Source: a virus. Taken from it: a stretch of 64,000 bases of DNA. Shown here piece after piece: positions 8,131-16,529 of this stretch. Position numbers and translations under genes: made by a program. Below the pieces are notes generated by a model, which ran no database searches, had not been told where the DNA came from, and saw only the letters and a program-made list of their open reading frames with translations. The stretch lies in the IMG/VR virus record IMGVR_UViG_3300042554_001073; one strand, written 5' to 3'. The first letter of the stretch is position 1. Each line of letters begins with the position of its first letter.

Positions 8131-8174
8131 TCTATCACTTTTATATAGTAACAAACTCCGAAGAATTTGTCAAG

Positions 8175-8248
8175 CGTCCTTTGAGAGATTCGAACTCCCG
8201 ACACATAGGTTCGTAGCCTACTGCTCTTTTCCACTGAGCTAAAAGGAC
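8175..8248 (-). tRNA. tRNA-Arg(ACG)
   Basis: GTAGG-CT ACG AA-CCTAT. Confidence 0.93.
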
Positions 8249-8251
8249 AGA

Positions 8252-8323
8252 TTCTGAGGGTAGGATTCGAACCCACGAATGGTGGGACCAAAACCCGCTG
8301 CCTTACCACTTGGCGACCTCAGA
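8252..8323 (-). tRNA. tRNA-Gln(TTG)
   Basis: TCTGAGG/CCTCAGA; loop TT TTG GT. Confidence 0.9.
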
Positions 8324-8395
8324 AGCCCTCAGTCGGATTTGAACCAACGACCTACTCATTACTAGTGAGTTGCTCTACCACTGAGCTATAAGGGC
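8324..8395 (-). tRNA. tRNA-Thr(AGT)
   Basis: ACTCA-CT AGT AA-TGAGT; GCCCTTA acceptor. Confidence 0.92.
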
Positions 8396-8397
8396 GG

Positions 8398-8469
8398 GGT
8401 GTCGTATGAGAATTGAACTCATCTAGGTAGTTCCACAAACTACTGCCTTAACCACTAGGCTAACGACAC
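8398..8469 (-). tRNA. tRNA-His(GTG)
   Basis: GTAGT-TT GTG GA-ACTAC; C73. Confidence 0.92.
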
Positions 8470-8470
8470 A

Positions 8471-8542
8471 AGGCAGTGGGTAGAATTGAACTACCGACAT
8501 AGAGGGTATGAATCTCTTGTTCTACCACTGAACTACACTGCC
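8471..8542 (-). tRNA. tRNA with CAT anticodon (Met)
   Basis: GGCAGTG/CACTGCC; loop TT CAT AC. Confidence 0.85.
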
Positions 8543-8629
8543 AAAGTGGACGCTGACCTGCTGGTTACTCTTTCTGAAGAGGGAGGCGTCAGTCTTTTAT
8601 ATCCTAGCAAGCACCTTGCTGGAGTCCTA

Positions 8630-8718
8630 CGGAAGTGGTTGGATTCGAACCAACGGATGCTCTTAAGAACATCGGCGGATTAGCAATCCACTGCATTAGA
8701 CCTCTCTGCCACACTTCC
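8630..8718 (-). tRNA. tRNA-Ser(GCT)
   Basis: GTGGA-TT GCT AA-TCCGC; long variable arm. Confidence 0.95.
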
Positions 8719-8720
8719 AA

Positions 8721-8793
8721 TGGAAACAACTGGACTCGAACCAGTGCTCTTTCGATTATCAGTCGAATGCTTTACCAACTAAGCTATGTTTCC
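8721..8793 (-). tRNA. tRNA-Ile(GAT)
   Basis: TTCGA-CT GAT AA-TCGAA. Confidence 0.95.
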
Positions 8794-8797
8794 ATAG

Positions 8798-8869
8798 TAT
8801 TCCTAACGGGATTCGAACCCGTGCTGCCACCTTGAAAGGGTGGTGACCTAACCGCTAGTCGATAGGAAC
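8798..8869 (-). tRNA. tRNA-Glu(TTC)
   Basis: CCACC-CT TTC AA-GGTGG. Confidence 0.95.
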
Positions 8870-8873
8870 ACGA

Positions 8874-8945
8874 CGACTCATAGGGGATTTGAACCCCTGA
8901 TACCTCTTAGACAGAGAGGCGTGTTAACCACTACACTAATGAGTC
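8874..8945 (-). tRNA. tRNA-Asp(GTC)
   Basis: CCTCT-CT GTC TA-AGAGG; G73. Confidence 0.93.
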
Positions 8946-8949
8946 AAGG

Positions 8950-9031
8950 TGGGAGGAACAGGATTTGAACCTGTGAAGGCAGAGCCGTCTGATTTACAGT
9001 CAGATTCCTTTAACCACTCGGAAATCCTCCC
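8950..9031 (-). tRNA. tRNA-Tyr(GTA)
   Basis: TCTGA-CT GTA AA-TCAGA; variable arm. Confidence 0.95.
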
Positions 9032-9035
9032 ACGA

Positions 9036-9108
9036 TGGGTCTGGTCGGGCTCGAACCGACGACTTACAGGTTAAAAGCCCGCTACTCTACCAACTGAGTT
9101 ACAGACCC
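9036..9108 (-). tRNA. tRNA-Lys(TTT)
   Basis: GCGGG-CT TTT AA-CCTGT. Confidence 0.95.
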
Positions 9109-9290
9109 ATATAATGTGGAAAATATTCGGTTGTCGATGTGCTGGTGGTCTCTCAACCACCCTTTAAGAATACCACCGTTTGGTCTCTGAGGGGAGATTG
9201 GTGGACACTTAGGAAACTGTCACAAACAACAAAAAAGGGGAGGAAACTTTTGGTTTCTCTCCCCTGTCTTTTGCTTTTATGGATTACATC

Positions 9291-9392
9291 TTACATATGT
9301 TTTTCCATATCCACAAACAGGGGAGAACCCTCAATATGCCAATAGCGGCAATCAAGAATACTAAACTGTTTGATGGTGATTTGGAAAGACAT
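9291..9392 (-). CDS. Small hypothetical peptide (33 aa)
   Basis: Hand-translated MSFQITIKQFSILDCRYWHIEGSPLFVDMEKHM; late-promoter-like CATAAATA upstream and hairpin downstream. Confidence 0.4.
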   Translation of the reverse strand: MSFQITIKQFSILDCRYWHIEGSPLFVDMEKHM

Positions 9393-9444
9393 TGTTTTCG
9401 ACCTAAGTGTGTTTATTTATGAGACTTTTATTTAAAAAAGTCAA

Positions 9445-9518
9445 CGGGCTAGGTAGGATTCGAACCTACGACTCACGCTTTAGAAGAGCGTTACTCTATT
9501 CCACTGAGTTACTAGCCC
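9445..9518 (-). tRNA. tRNA-Arg(TCT)
   Basis: ACGCT-CT TCT AA-AGCGT. Confidence 0.95.
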
Positions 9519-9604
9519 AAGAGTCCTCCCTGTTTGTGCATCGTTGATAGGCATGGGAGGGGTGAGATTTACATGAAGTTTGGACCTTCAAAACTCATGA
9601 GACA

Positions 9605-9633
9605 ATCATACCATTTCAGGATTTGATTGTCAA
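9605..9633 (-). promoter_or_regulatory. sigma70-like promoter inside an inverted repeat
   Basis: TTGACA-17-TATGAT. Confidence 0.75.
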
Positions 9634-9722
9634 GTGGGTGCCGTGTGGTTGTGAATCTAAATCAATCCTCTTTGATAAGTGCCCCACTGGATCTTATCTC
9701 AAGTCTTGAACCACGGCATAAT

Positions 9723-10142
9723 CTATTTTATATCCTCTTCCTTACAACTGTCAACCCATGGAGCACAGAGTCTCATTTCTCCTCCAAGTTTCTTACACTC
9801 TTCAGTATAACACTTAGAAGTATCTAGAGCTTTCTCTATCAACCGTGGCAAAGGTATTCTAGATGGTTCAGAGTCCCTTGTCAAGCGTTCATACTCTGCA
9901 ATTGCTCTGTCCACATCTCTATGGACTCTCCTCTCCACGACGCCTGGATCCTGGAGCAGGACATCGTTGATGATGGTCTGAGGGAACAGAGTCCTCTGAA
10001 CCTCGTCTAGGAGGTCCCAGAGGCGCTCTGAAGGGACTCCTGAGCATTGGGAGAGGGTTGCTACGATACCACTGAGTACGATGCTTATAAAGATTATCTG
10101 CTTCTTATCTGGTTTCTTCTTACCGAAGTTAAAATTGAACAT
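9723..10142 (-). CDS. Hypothetical protein with N-terminal hydrophobic anchor
   Basis: 139-aa ORF. Confidence 0.7.
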   Translation of the reverse strand: MFNFNFGKKKPDKKQIIFISIVLSGIVATLSQCSGVPSERLWDLLDEVQRTLFPQTIINDVLLQDPGVVERRVHRDVDRAIAEYERLTRDSEPSRIPLPRLIEKALDTSKCYTEECKKLGGEMRLCAPWVDSCKEEDIK

Positions 10143-10197
10143 AAAAAAAGAGGAGTAGCAACCGCTCTCCTCTATTTATTATTCGATTTTCAGTCAA

Positions 10198-10560
10198 TCA
10201 TACCCGCGAGTAGCAAATTTTAGCCACACCTTGACTTGGTGAAGCAATAGTAGAGAATGCACCATAAGATAAGTCAAGGTCTCTACCCGCGATATAAGGA
10301 CCGCGATCATTTACACGCACAATCACAGACTTACCATTTGATTGATTGGTTACACGCAATCTAGTTCCAAAAGGAAGTGTTTTATGTGCTACTGATTTTC
10401 CATAAGCATTGTATCTTTCGCCATTGGCAGTTGTCTGCCCGTGATATCCATCACCAACTCCATAATGTGATGCGAGTGAACATCCGCTCGCTGCCTTTGC
10501 TTGAAGGGGTGCTAGTCCTGCAGTAGCAATGGCAATAATTGAAAGTGTTTTAAAAAGCAT
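10198..10560 (-). CDS. rlpA: RlpA-like lytic transglycosylase
   Basis: ASHYG..YHGQTTANGERYN..VAHKTLPFGT.LRVTN..NGKSVIVRVNDRGPY...R.LDLS; signal peptide. Confidence 0.9.
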   Translation of the reverse strand: MLFKTLSIIAIATAGLAPLQAKAASGCSLASHYGVGDGYHGQTTANGERYNAYGKSVAHKTLPFGTRLRVTNQSNGKSVIVRVNDRGPYIAGRDLDLSYGAFSTIASPSQGVAKICYSRV

Positions 10561-10571
10561 TAAAATTAATA

Positions 10572-10636
10572 GAACTCTACATCCCAATAGAAGGGGGGTA
10601 CACCACCCCTCTCGGGGGGCACCTTCCTGGGCTCTA
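10572..10636 (-). ncRNA. PhotoRC-II-like RNA motif
   Basis: GAGCCCAGGAAGGTGCCCCCCGAGAGGGGTGGTGTACCCCCCTTCTATTGGGATGTAGAGTTC; nested stems; family recalled from memory. Confidence 0.6.
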
Positions 10637-10715
10637 AATCAAAATCAAAGTCTCATAATAAAAAAGATTCACATAGTTGTGAATCTTAACATTATAAGTG
10701 AGTATTTATGGATTG

Positions 10716-10889
10716 TCAATCTTCTGGTTCTAGAGAGACAATCTCAAGTTCATCATCCTCAGGTTCAATCCATTCATAGAACTCTGCTAGAATAGCACGA
10801 GCATCTGTCTTTGAAATGCTTTTGTCAGCAGCACGATCAAGAGACCACTCTCGTATGTGTGCAACGATGTCTTCAGTCTTTGTTGCCAT
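10716..10889 (-). CDS. Hypothetical protein (57 aa)
   Basis: MATKTEDIVAHIREWS... Confidence 0.6.
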   Translation of the reverse strand: MATKTEDIVAHIREWSLDRAADKSISKTDARAILAEFYEWIEPEDDELEIVSLEPED

Positions 10890-11316
10890 AGTAGTCTTTT
10901 CTGAAGTACCTGTTGAGGATGTTACTATTATACCAGGCTGGGGTGCCGTCGTCAAGGGATTCAGTGAGGACATTGTGGTTGAAGAGTCGTCTGGTCTCCT
11001 CAAAGTTTGTTTTGCCCTTTGTTTTATGTAATGATAAGATAGTTCGACTAAAATTTTCTCTGCCAAATTTGATAATGTCTTCTTTAAGTTCCGGACAAGA
11101 CCCATAATAATTTTTCCAATCTGATTCTGATTTTACTTTTCTTTTTTTTCCCTTAGGCGTTCTAAAAGAGAAGAAGTACTTCCTCCCAATATATCTTCTG
11201 CCATTGGACTTATTGGCAATGAGATAAACAAAACCAAAGTACTCCCCAATATCAGCACTGCTAAAAGGTTTGTTATTGTACGACCAAGGATTTTCATAGT
11301 CAATATCTGTACTCAT
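10873..11316 (-). CDS. GIY-YIG family endonuclease
   Basis: GFVYLIANKSNGRRYIGRK ... YYGS ... E motif. Confidence 0.75.
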   Translation of the reverse strand: MSTDIDYENPWSYNNKPFSSADIGEYFGFVYLIANKSNGRRYIGRKYFFSFRTPKGKKRKVKSESDWKNYYGSCPELKEDIIKFGRENFSRTILSLHKTKGKTNFEETRRLFNHNVLTESLDDGTPAWYNSNILNRYFRKDYYGNKD

Positions 11317-11455
11317 CAATTATATCAAGAACTTCATTTAGATATTTATGAGCGAGTCCTTTGGAGTCCCAACCTGGTTGGTCTCGATATAATCTATCTT
11401 TTAATTTTAAAACACGAATCTTTATTTCGTCTTTAGTGAGTTGATTTTTAGGCAT
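11300..11455 (-). CDS. Hypothetical protein (51 aa)
   Basis: Hand-translated MPKNQLTKDEIKIRVLKLKD...GLAHKYLNEVLDIIDEYRY. Confidence 0.6.
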   Translation of the reverse strand: MPKNQLTKDEIKIRVLKLKDRLYRDQPGWDSKGLAHKYLNEVLDIIDEYRY

Positions 11456-11504
11456 AAAAAAGGGGAGATTACTCTCCCCTATCTATAAAGTTTTTTTTAT
11501 ATTA

Positions 11505-12695
11505 TTACAGTTTGAAACCACTAAATGTGTCCTTTTTCACATCCTGTTTGATTCCGCCTACTACATAACTTTCTACTTCTGTTTCCTGGGGAGCCACCTG
11601 GAGACCTTTAGATGAAATCCAGTGCTGTGTCCAAGGAAGTGGATTATTGTTTGCTGAAATATCGTATTGTGGTTTAAGTCCTATTGCTTTTAACCTTCTA
11701 TTGGCAATCCACTCAACGTATTGTTGAAGAAGTTTATCGTTTAGTCCAATCATGCTTCCATCTTTGAACAGATAATCTGCCCAACGCTTTTCTTCATTTA
11801 CAGCACGATCAAACATAGCATATGTCCACTCTTCCTCCTCTTTCATAATCTGTTTCATTTCTGGATCATCACCATCACGCCATTTGTTCAGAATATTCTG
11901 TGTAATGGCTAGATGTTGGTTTTCGTCTCTTGCGATGAGAGAGATGATTTTAGCGGATCCTTCCATAAGCTTAAGTTCACCAAAGGCGAAACTACAAGCA
12001 AAACTAACGTAGAAGCGAATACCTTCAAGAATGTTAACGTTTGCGATTGCTCTATAGAGTTTTCGTTTAACATCATTGATTGACTCTTTTGCGTATGTAA
12101 CTCCTTCAAGATTGTGTAACCAAGTATCAGATACACCATACTGTTGTGATGCTTGAATAAAGTCATCATATGACTCTGTAACGCTCTTAGCACGTTCCAG
12201 AATACGTTCATCGGTCACGATTTTGTCAAACACCTCACTTGGGTCAGAATACACGTTTTTAATGATGTATGTGTATGAACGTGAGTGAATCATTTCCATG
12301 AATCCCCACACTTCCATACACGCTTCCAACTCAGGAAGTGAGCAGTATGGAATAAATGCCATGCCAGGACCACGACCCTGAATAGAGTCAAGCATAATCT
12401 GATACTTCAAGTTAGAAGTATAGATGTGCTTTTGCTCTGGGCGAAGTGTTTGATAATCTCCACGGTCCTTCTGGAGGGACACCTCTTCGGGTCTCCAGAA
12501 GTATCCTAGTTGCTGAGTAGTCAGTTTATCGAATACAGGATATTTGTATGAATCATATCTCTGGACTCCCAGAGGTTTTCCAAAAAACATTGGTTGCTTT
12601 TTGGTGTTCACTTGTTCAGTGTTAAAAACTGTCATACCTTTAATCTGTGTTTGTTGGTCTTCCGTGGAAGAAATTTTAAACTGCACAGGATTCAC
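11505..12695 (-). CDS. nrdB: Ribonucleotide reductase class Ia beta subunit
   Basis: FWRPEEV, EMIHSRSY, LEGIRFY, RDENQH, VAPQETE. Confidence 0.97.
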   Translation of the reverse strand: MNPVQFKISSTEDQQTQIKGMTVFNTEQVNTKKQPMFFGKPLGVQRYDSYKYPVFDKLTTQQLGYFWRPEEVSLQKDRGDYQTLRPEQKHIYTSNLKYQIMLDSIQGRGPGMAFIPYCSLPELEACMEVWGFMEMIHSRSYTYIIKNVYSDPSEVFDKIVTDERILERAKSVTESYDDFIQASQQYGVSDTWLHNLEGVTYAKESINDVKRKLYRAIANVNILEGIRFYVSFACSFAFGELKLMEGSAKIISLIARDENQHLAITQNILNKWRDGDDPEMKQIMKEEEEWTYAMFDRAVNEEKRWADYLFKDGSMIGLNDKLLQQYVEWIANRRLKAIGLKPQYDISANNNPLPWTQHWISSKGLQVAPQETEVESYVVGGIKQDVKKDTFSGFKL

Positions 12696-14973
12696 ACTCT
12701 CCCTCCTCTACTGAACTTAACTCACTTAGCAAATTTTGAAGATTGGGTTTCTCTTCAACTACCTCATCAGTCTTAATATCATAAGTGTTTTGGTAGTAAG
12801 AAGTTTTCCACCCGTACTTGTATGTAGTCAAAAAGTCATTTGCCATGACTGAAGTTGGCACCTCATTGTTATCATAATTTTCTGGATTGTAACTCCAGTT
12901 ACCAGAAATAGCTTGGTCAAAGAACTTTTGCATCACCGCAACAATGTTAATATAACCAGTGTTACTAGGCATATCCCACAGAAGCGTATAGTTGTTCTTG
13001 AGTGTATGATACTGCGGAACAATCTGCTTGAGTGGTCCTTTTTTGGATTTCTTAATGGACAAGTAATCTCTAGGGGGTTCGATTCCATTGGTTGCGTTTG
13101 ACACAACGGAACTGCTCTCCGATGGCATCTGTGCGGACAGAGTGCTGTGTCGGAGACCATGCTCGGAGATAGATACTCTAAGAGCTTCCCAATCATGCTG
13201 ATACCTTGGAGTGCTGATTTCGTCTACATCTTTCTTGTATGTATCGATGGGCAGTATTCCATCTGCATACTTGGTGCGTCCGAAGTATTCACAATGTCCC
13301 TTTTCCTTGGCAAGTTGATTTGATGCTTTCAGTAGATAATACTGGAAAGACTCCGCAAGTCCGTGAACAGCATTCCATGCTTCTTGGTCCGCATAATTAT
13401 ATCCAAGTTTTGCCAAATAGTGTGCTAGACCAATAAACCCTATACCAAGCGAACGACGTGCCTTGGTGGCGATTTCTGCCGCTGCTACGGGGTATTTCTG
13501 ATAGTCAATCAGTTCATCCAAACCACGAACAGAAAGTTCACAAAGTTCCTCAAGTTCTTCATCCGACTTTACTTTTCCAACGTTGATAGCAGAAAGAATA
13601 CAAAGAGCAATCTCACCACTCGTATCATCAATATGTTGAATAGGATAAGTTGGTAGAGTGATTTCTTGGCACAGATTACTCATCTCAACTTTATCCTTAA
13701 AGGATGAGTGAGAATTGCAATGGTCAATATTCATGATGTAGATACGACCCGTTTCAGCCCTTTCTTTAAGAAGGCTGAGAATGAGTTCCTGCGCTTTAAT
13801 AGTCTTTTTCGGAATGGACGGATTGTTCTCATATGAAACATAGAGATCGTCAAACTCAGGGAGTCCGAAAGAATCATAAAGTCCAGGTACGTCATGGGGA
13901 CTGAAGAGAGTAACCTCTTCATCTTTGATGAATCTCTCATAGAACAACTTACTAATTTGAATAGAATAATCAAGTTTACGAACTCGATTATCTTCAGTTC
14001 CTTTGTTATTCTTGAGAACTAGAATGTCTTCGATTTCTTGGTGCCAGATTGGGAAGTGGACAGTTGCTGATCCACCTCGGATGCCATTTTGTGTGCAACA
14101 TCTGACAGTTGCCTCAAACTTTTTGAGGAAAGGGACAACACCTGTATGCTGAACTTCTCCGCCTCGGATTTTACTGTTGATGCCACGGATGCGACCTGCG
14201 TTGATGCCGATTCCTGCACGTTGTGCAACATAGCGGCCAATAGCCATATCACTGCTAAAGATGCTATCGAGGGTGTCATCAACATCAACAAGAACACAGC
14301 TTGCAAATTGTCGAAGTGGAGTTCTAACCCCCGCCATGATAGGTGTGGGAATGTTGATTTTGTGCTTTGAGATTGCGTCATAATACCTCTTGACATATGA
14401 CATTCTGGTTTCTTTTGGATACTCTGCAAAAATTGTCAGAGCAATCATCATGTACATAAACTGTGGGGTCTCATATACACCACCACTGCTTCTATCTTGC
14501 ACGAGGTACTTATCAACGACCTGACGTAGACCTGCATAAGTGAATAGCATGTCACGCTCATGATCAATCCAACCATCAGCCTTTTCAATTTCTTCTTGAG
14601 AGTATTTGTTGTAAATATCACTATCATAAACTTCTGCAGAAACACAATCAATAATGTGCTGCTCCAGAGTAGGAAGTTCTTTCATTTTTCCGTACAGTTG
14701 CTTCCGTACAGAAAACAAAAGAAGACGTGCAGCAACATACTGATAATTCGGATGATCCAAATCAATCAAGTCCGAAGCAGAACGAATCAGAATCTCTTGA
14801 ATTTCTTCAGTAGTAATTCCATTATAGAACTGAATTCCCGACTTCATTTCAACCTGACTCGCAGAGACACCCGCAAGACCCTTACATGCCTCTTCAACCA
14901 TCAAATGCATCTTGTCTAGGTCAAGAGATTCAATTCTCCCATCACGCTTTTGTACCTTTGTTCCGTTGCTCAT
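12676..14973 (-). CDS. nrdA: Ribonucleotide reductase class Ia alpha subunit
   Basis: ATP cone, PTPIMAG, FASCVL, SNLCQEI, C-terminal ECESCAV. Confidence 0.97.
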   Translation of the reverse strand: MSNGTKVQKRDGRIESLDLDKMHLMVEEACKGLAGVSASQVEMKSGIQFYNGITTEEIQEILIRSASDLIDLDHPNYQYVAARLLLFSVRKQLYGKMKELPTLEQHIIDCVSAEVYDSDIYNKYSQEEIEKADGWIDHERDMLFTYAGLRQVVDKYLVQDRSSGGVYETPQFMYMMIALTIFAEYPKETRMSYVKRYYDAISKHKINIPTPIMAGVRTPLRQFASCVLVDVDDTLDSIFSSDMAIGRYVAQRAGIGINAGRIRGINSKIRGGEVQHTGVVPFLKKFEATVRCCTQNGIRGGSATVHFPIWHQEIEDILVLKNNKGTEDNRVRKLDYSIQISKLFYERFIKDEEVTLFSPHDVPGLYDSFGLPEFDDLYVSYENNPSIPKKTIKAQELILSLLKERAETGRIYIMNIDHCNSHSSFKDKVEMSNLCQEITLPTYPIQHIDDTSGEIALCILSAINVGKVKSDEELEELCELSVRGLDELIDYQKYPVAAAEIATKARRSLGIGFIGLAHYLAKLGYNYADQEAWNAVHGLAESFQYYLLKASNQLAKEKGHCEYFGRTKYADGILPIDTYKKDVDEISTPRYQHDWEALRVSISEHGLRHSTLSAQMPSESSSVVSNATNGIEPPRDYLSIKKSKKGPLKQIVPQYHTLKNNYTLLWDMPSNTGYINIVAVMQKFFDQAISGNWSYNPENYDNNEVPTSVMANDFLTTYKYGWKTSYYQNTYDIKTDEVVEEKPNLQNLLSELSSVEEGECESCAV

Positions 14974-15938
14974 ATTTTCTTCCAGGTAGTAAATTTAAGT
15001 TTTGCTTCTAATCCAGAGTAAGTATTTGATTCTATCACGGACTGAATATTAAGTCCAGTTAAAAACATATCATTAATGTCCTTCTCCTTTATTGAGGATG
15101 GCCAAATTACAACTTTCTCTCCACGGTCAATGGCACGGGAGATTCTTGAATGGATTTCTGCATTACGTGGTTCGTTATCATAAATCCAAACACAATCGCT
15201 AATACCGCACTTACTGACATCACCATCAGCTCCGCAAAGAGCAATCGAGTTGCGAATGAAAGTTGAGTCGAAGGGACCTTCTGTGATGTAGACAGTTTTA
15301 CTTTTTTCAATCTCATCGAGACCGTAGATTTTTGGTGCGTCATCGTTAAGCATTACAGTGATGTATTTAATCTTGCTTGGACCAAGTGCTCTGCCTTGAA
15401 ATCCGACAAGAGTATTTTGATAGAACAGGGGAATAATAATCCTAGGTTCATCTTTACTAGTATCATCGAAGACATCTTTTAAAGAATTTGTCCACGATTT
15501 AAATGTATCTGTGTAATAAAATTTATCCGGATTTAACTTTCTATTTTCTAGATATGATTTTGCGTCAGGATTTTCTGATGCTTTTGGCAAATCCAACTTT
15601 GGTTTAAACTTTGGTGCTTCAAAGTTAAATGTTGGTTCTTCGACAGTAAAGTTTCTGCCCGTCTTTCCATCCTTAAACTTCTCAAAAGTATATTGCTTAT
15701 AGATTACTGAATCTAGTTGCTTGAGAAAATTATTAAAAGAAATATTGACTCCACAGTTGTGACACTTGAAGTTTGTATTATTTTTTACTTGATATAGGTA
15801 TCCCCTTGCTTTATTCTTGTTCCTTTGCGAATCTCCGCAAATAGGGCACCTAAAGTTATAAAGATTGTTCTTTACTTTCTTGAACTTTTGGAAGCGAGAA
15901 GAAATCAAATTGATGTATTTAACATCAACAAAATCCAT
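14970..15938 (-). CDS. gp61: DNA primase
   Basis: CPICGDS..CHNC zinc finger; TEGPFDS TOPRIM; DNEPRN. Confidence 0.95.
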   Translation of the reverse strand: MDFVDVKYINLISSRFQKFKKVKNNLYNFRCPICGDSQRNKNKARGYLYQVKNNTNFKCHNCGVNISFNNFLKQLDSVIYKQYTFEKFKDGKTGRNFTVEEPTFNFEAPKFKPKLDLPKASENPDAKSYLENRKLNPDKFYYTDTFKSWTNSLKDVFDDTSKDEPRIIIPLFYQNTLVGFQGRALGPSKIKYITVMLNDDAPKIYGLDEIEKSKTVYITEGPFDSTFIRNSIALCGADGDVSKCGISDCVWIYDNEPRNAEIHSRISRAIDRGEKVVIWPSSIKEKDINDMFLTGLNIQSVIESNTYSGLEAKLKFTTWKKI

Positions 15939-15940
15939 AA

Positions 15941-16324
15941 TTAAACCTTAAAGTTTCTCTGCTCTATTATAGACGCCTGGGGTTCTGGTGTCAAGATTTC
16001 GATGACACGAGTATTGTTAACCAAAAAGGTTATACACGCAATGGCACCGATTGCCATCCATACTCTTTTCTCTATAGTCTGTACTCTCGTAACAAGTGCG
16101 TCATAATCCCTGTCAACTTTATCACGGAGTTTGTCAATCTTAACAAAGAGTAAGTTGTCAACTTCTTCTTGTTTCGTAATCCTTTGTTCATGGACGGCAA
16201 GCATTCTGCCTACATTACTATTTACCTCACTCATTTTTTCGATAGCATCATCTATCTTGACGATGATATCTTTTAAATCTTCAAGTTTTTGTTCTAGGAG
16301 AGCAACTTTAATGTCTTCTGCCAT
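15941..16324 (-). CDS. Coiled-coil protein with C-terminal hydrophobic segment
   Basis: 127-aa ORF. Confidence 0.75.
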   Translation of the reverse strand: MAEDIKVALLEQKLEDLKDIIVKIDDAIEKMSEVNSNVGRMLAVHEQRITKQEEVDNLLFVKIDKLRDKVDRDYDALVTRVQTIEKRVWMAIGAIACITFLVNNTRVIEILTPEPQASIIEQRNFKV

Positions 16325-16529
16325 TGGAGGATTTTAGGTAGTCTAGCCAGAGTTTTCTGCTTCCACGCCCACCAGAAATATACTGTCTATTTCTCTTTCT
16401 TACAGGAGGATCATCACCAGCCTCAACACTTCCCGCAATCTTACCATGTCCCATTGCCATAGTTGGCATATCTTCGTTTAGATATGCTCTCACTGCTTCA
16501 ATAATGCGATCAATCTTCTTCTTTTCCAT
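16308..16529 (-). CDS. Hypothetical protein
   Basis: MEKKKIDRIIEAVR... Confidence 0.65.
   Translation of the reverse strand: MEKKKIDRIIEAVRAYLNEDMPTMAMGHGKIAGSVEAGDDPPVRKRNRQYISGGRGSRKLWLDYLKSSNGRRH

Noticed and set aside
6953-9345. Plus-strand and overlapping ORFs across the tRNA cluster (e.g. 6953-7174, 8052-8309, 8486-8683, 8635-8835)
   Set aside because: Translations of tRNA antisense sequence (GFEP-type peptides); not genes
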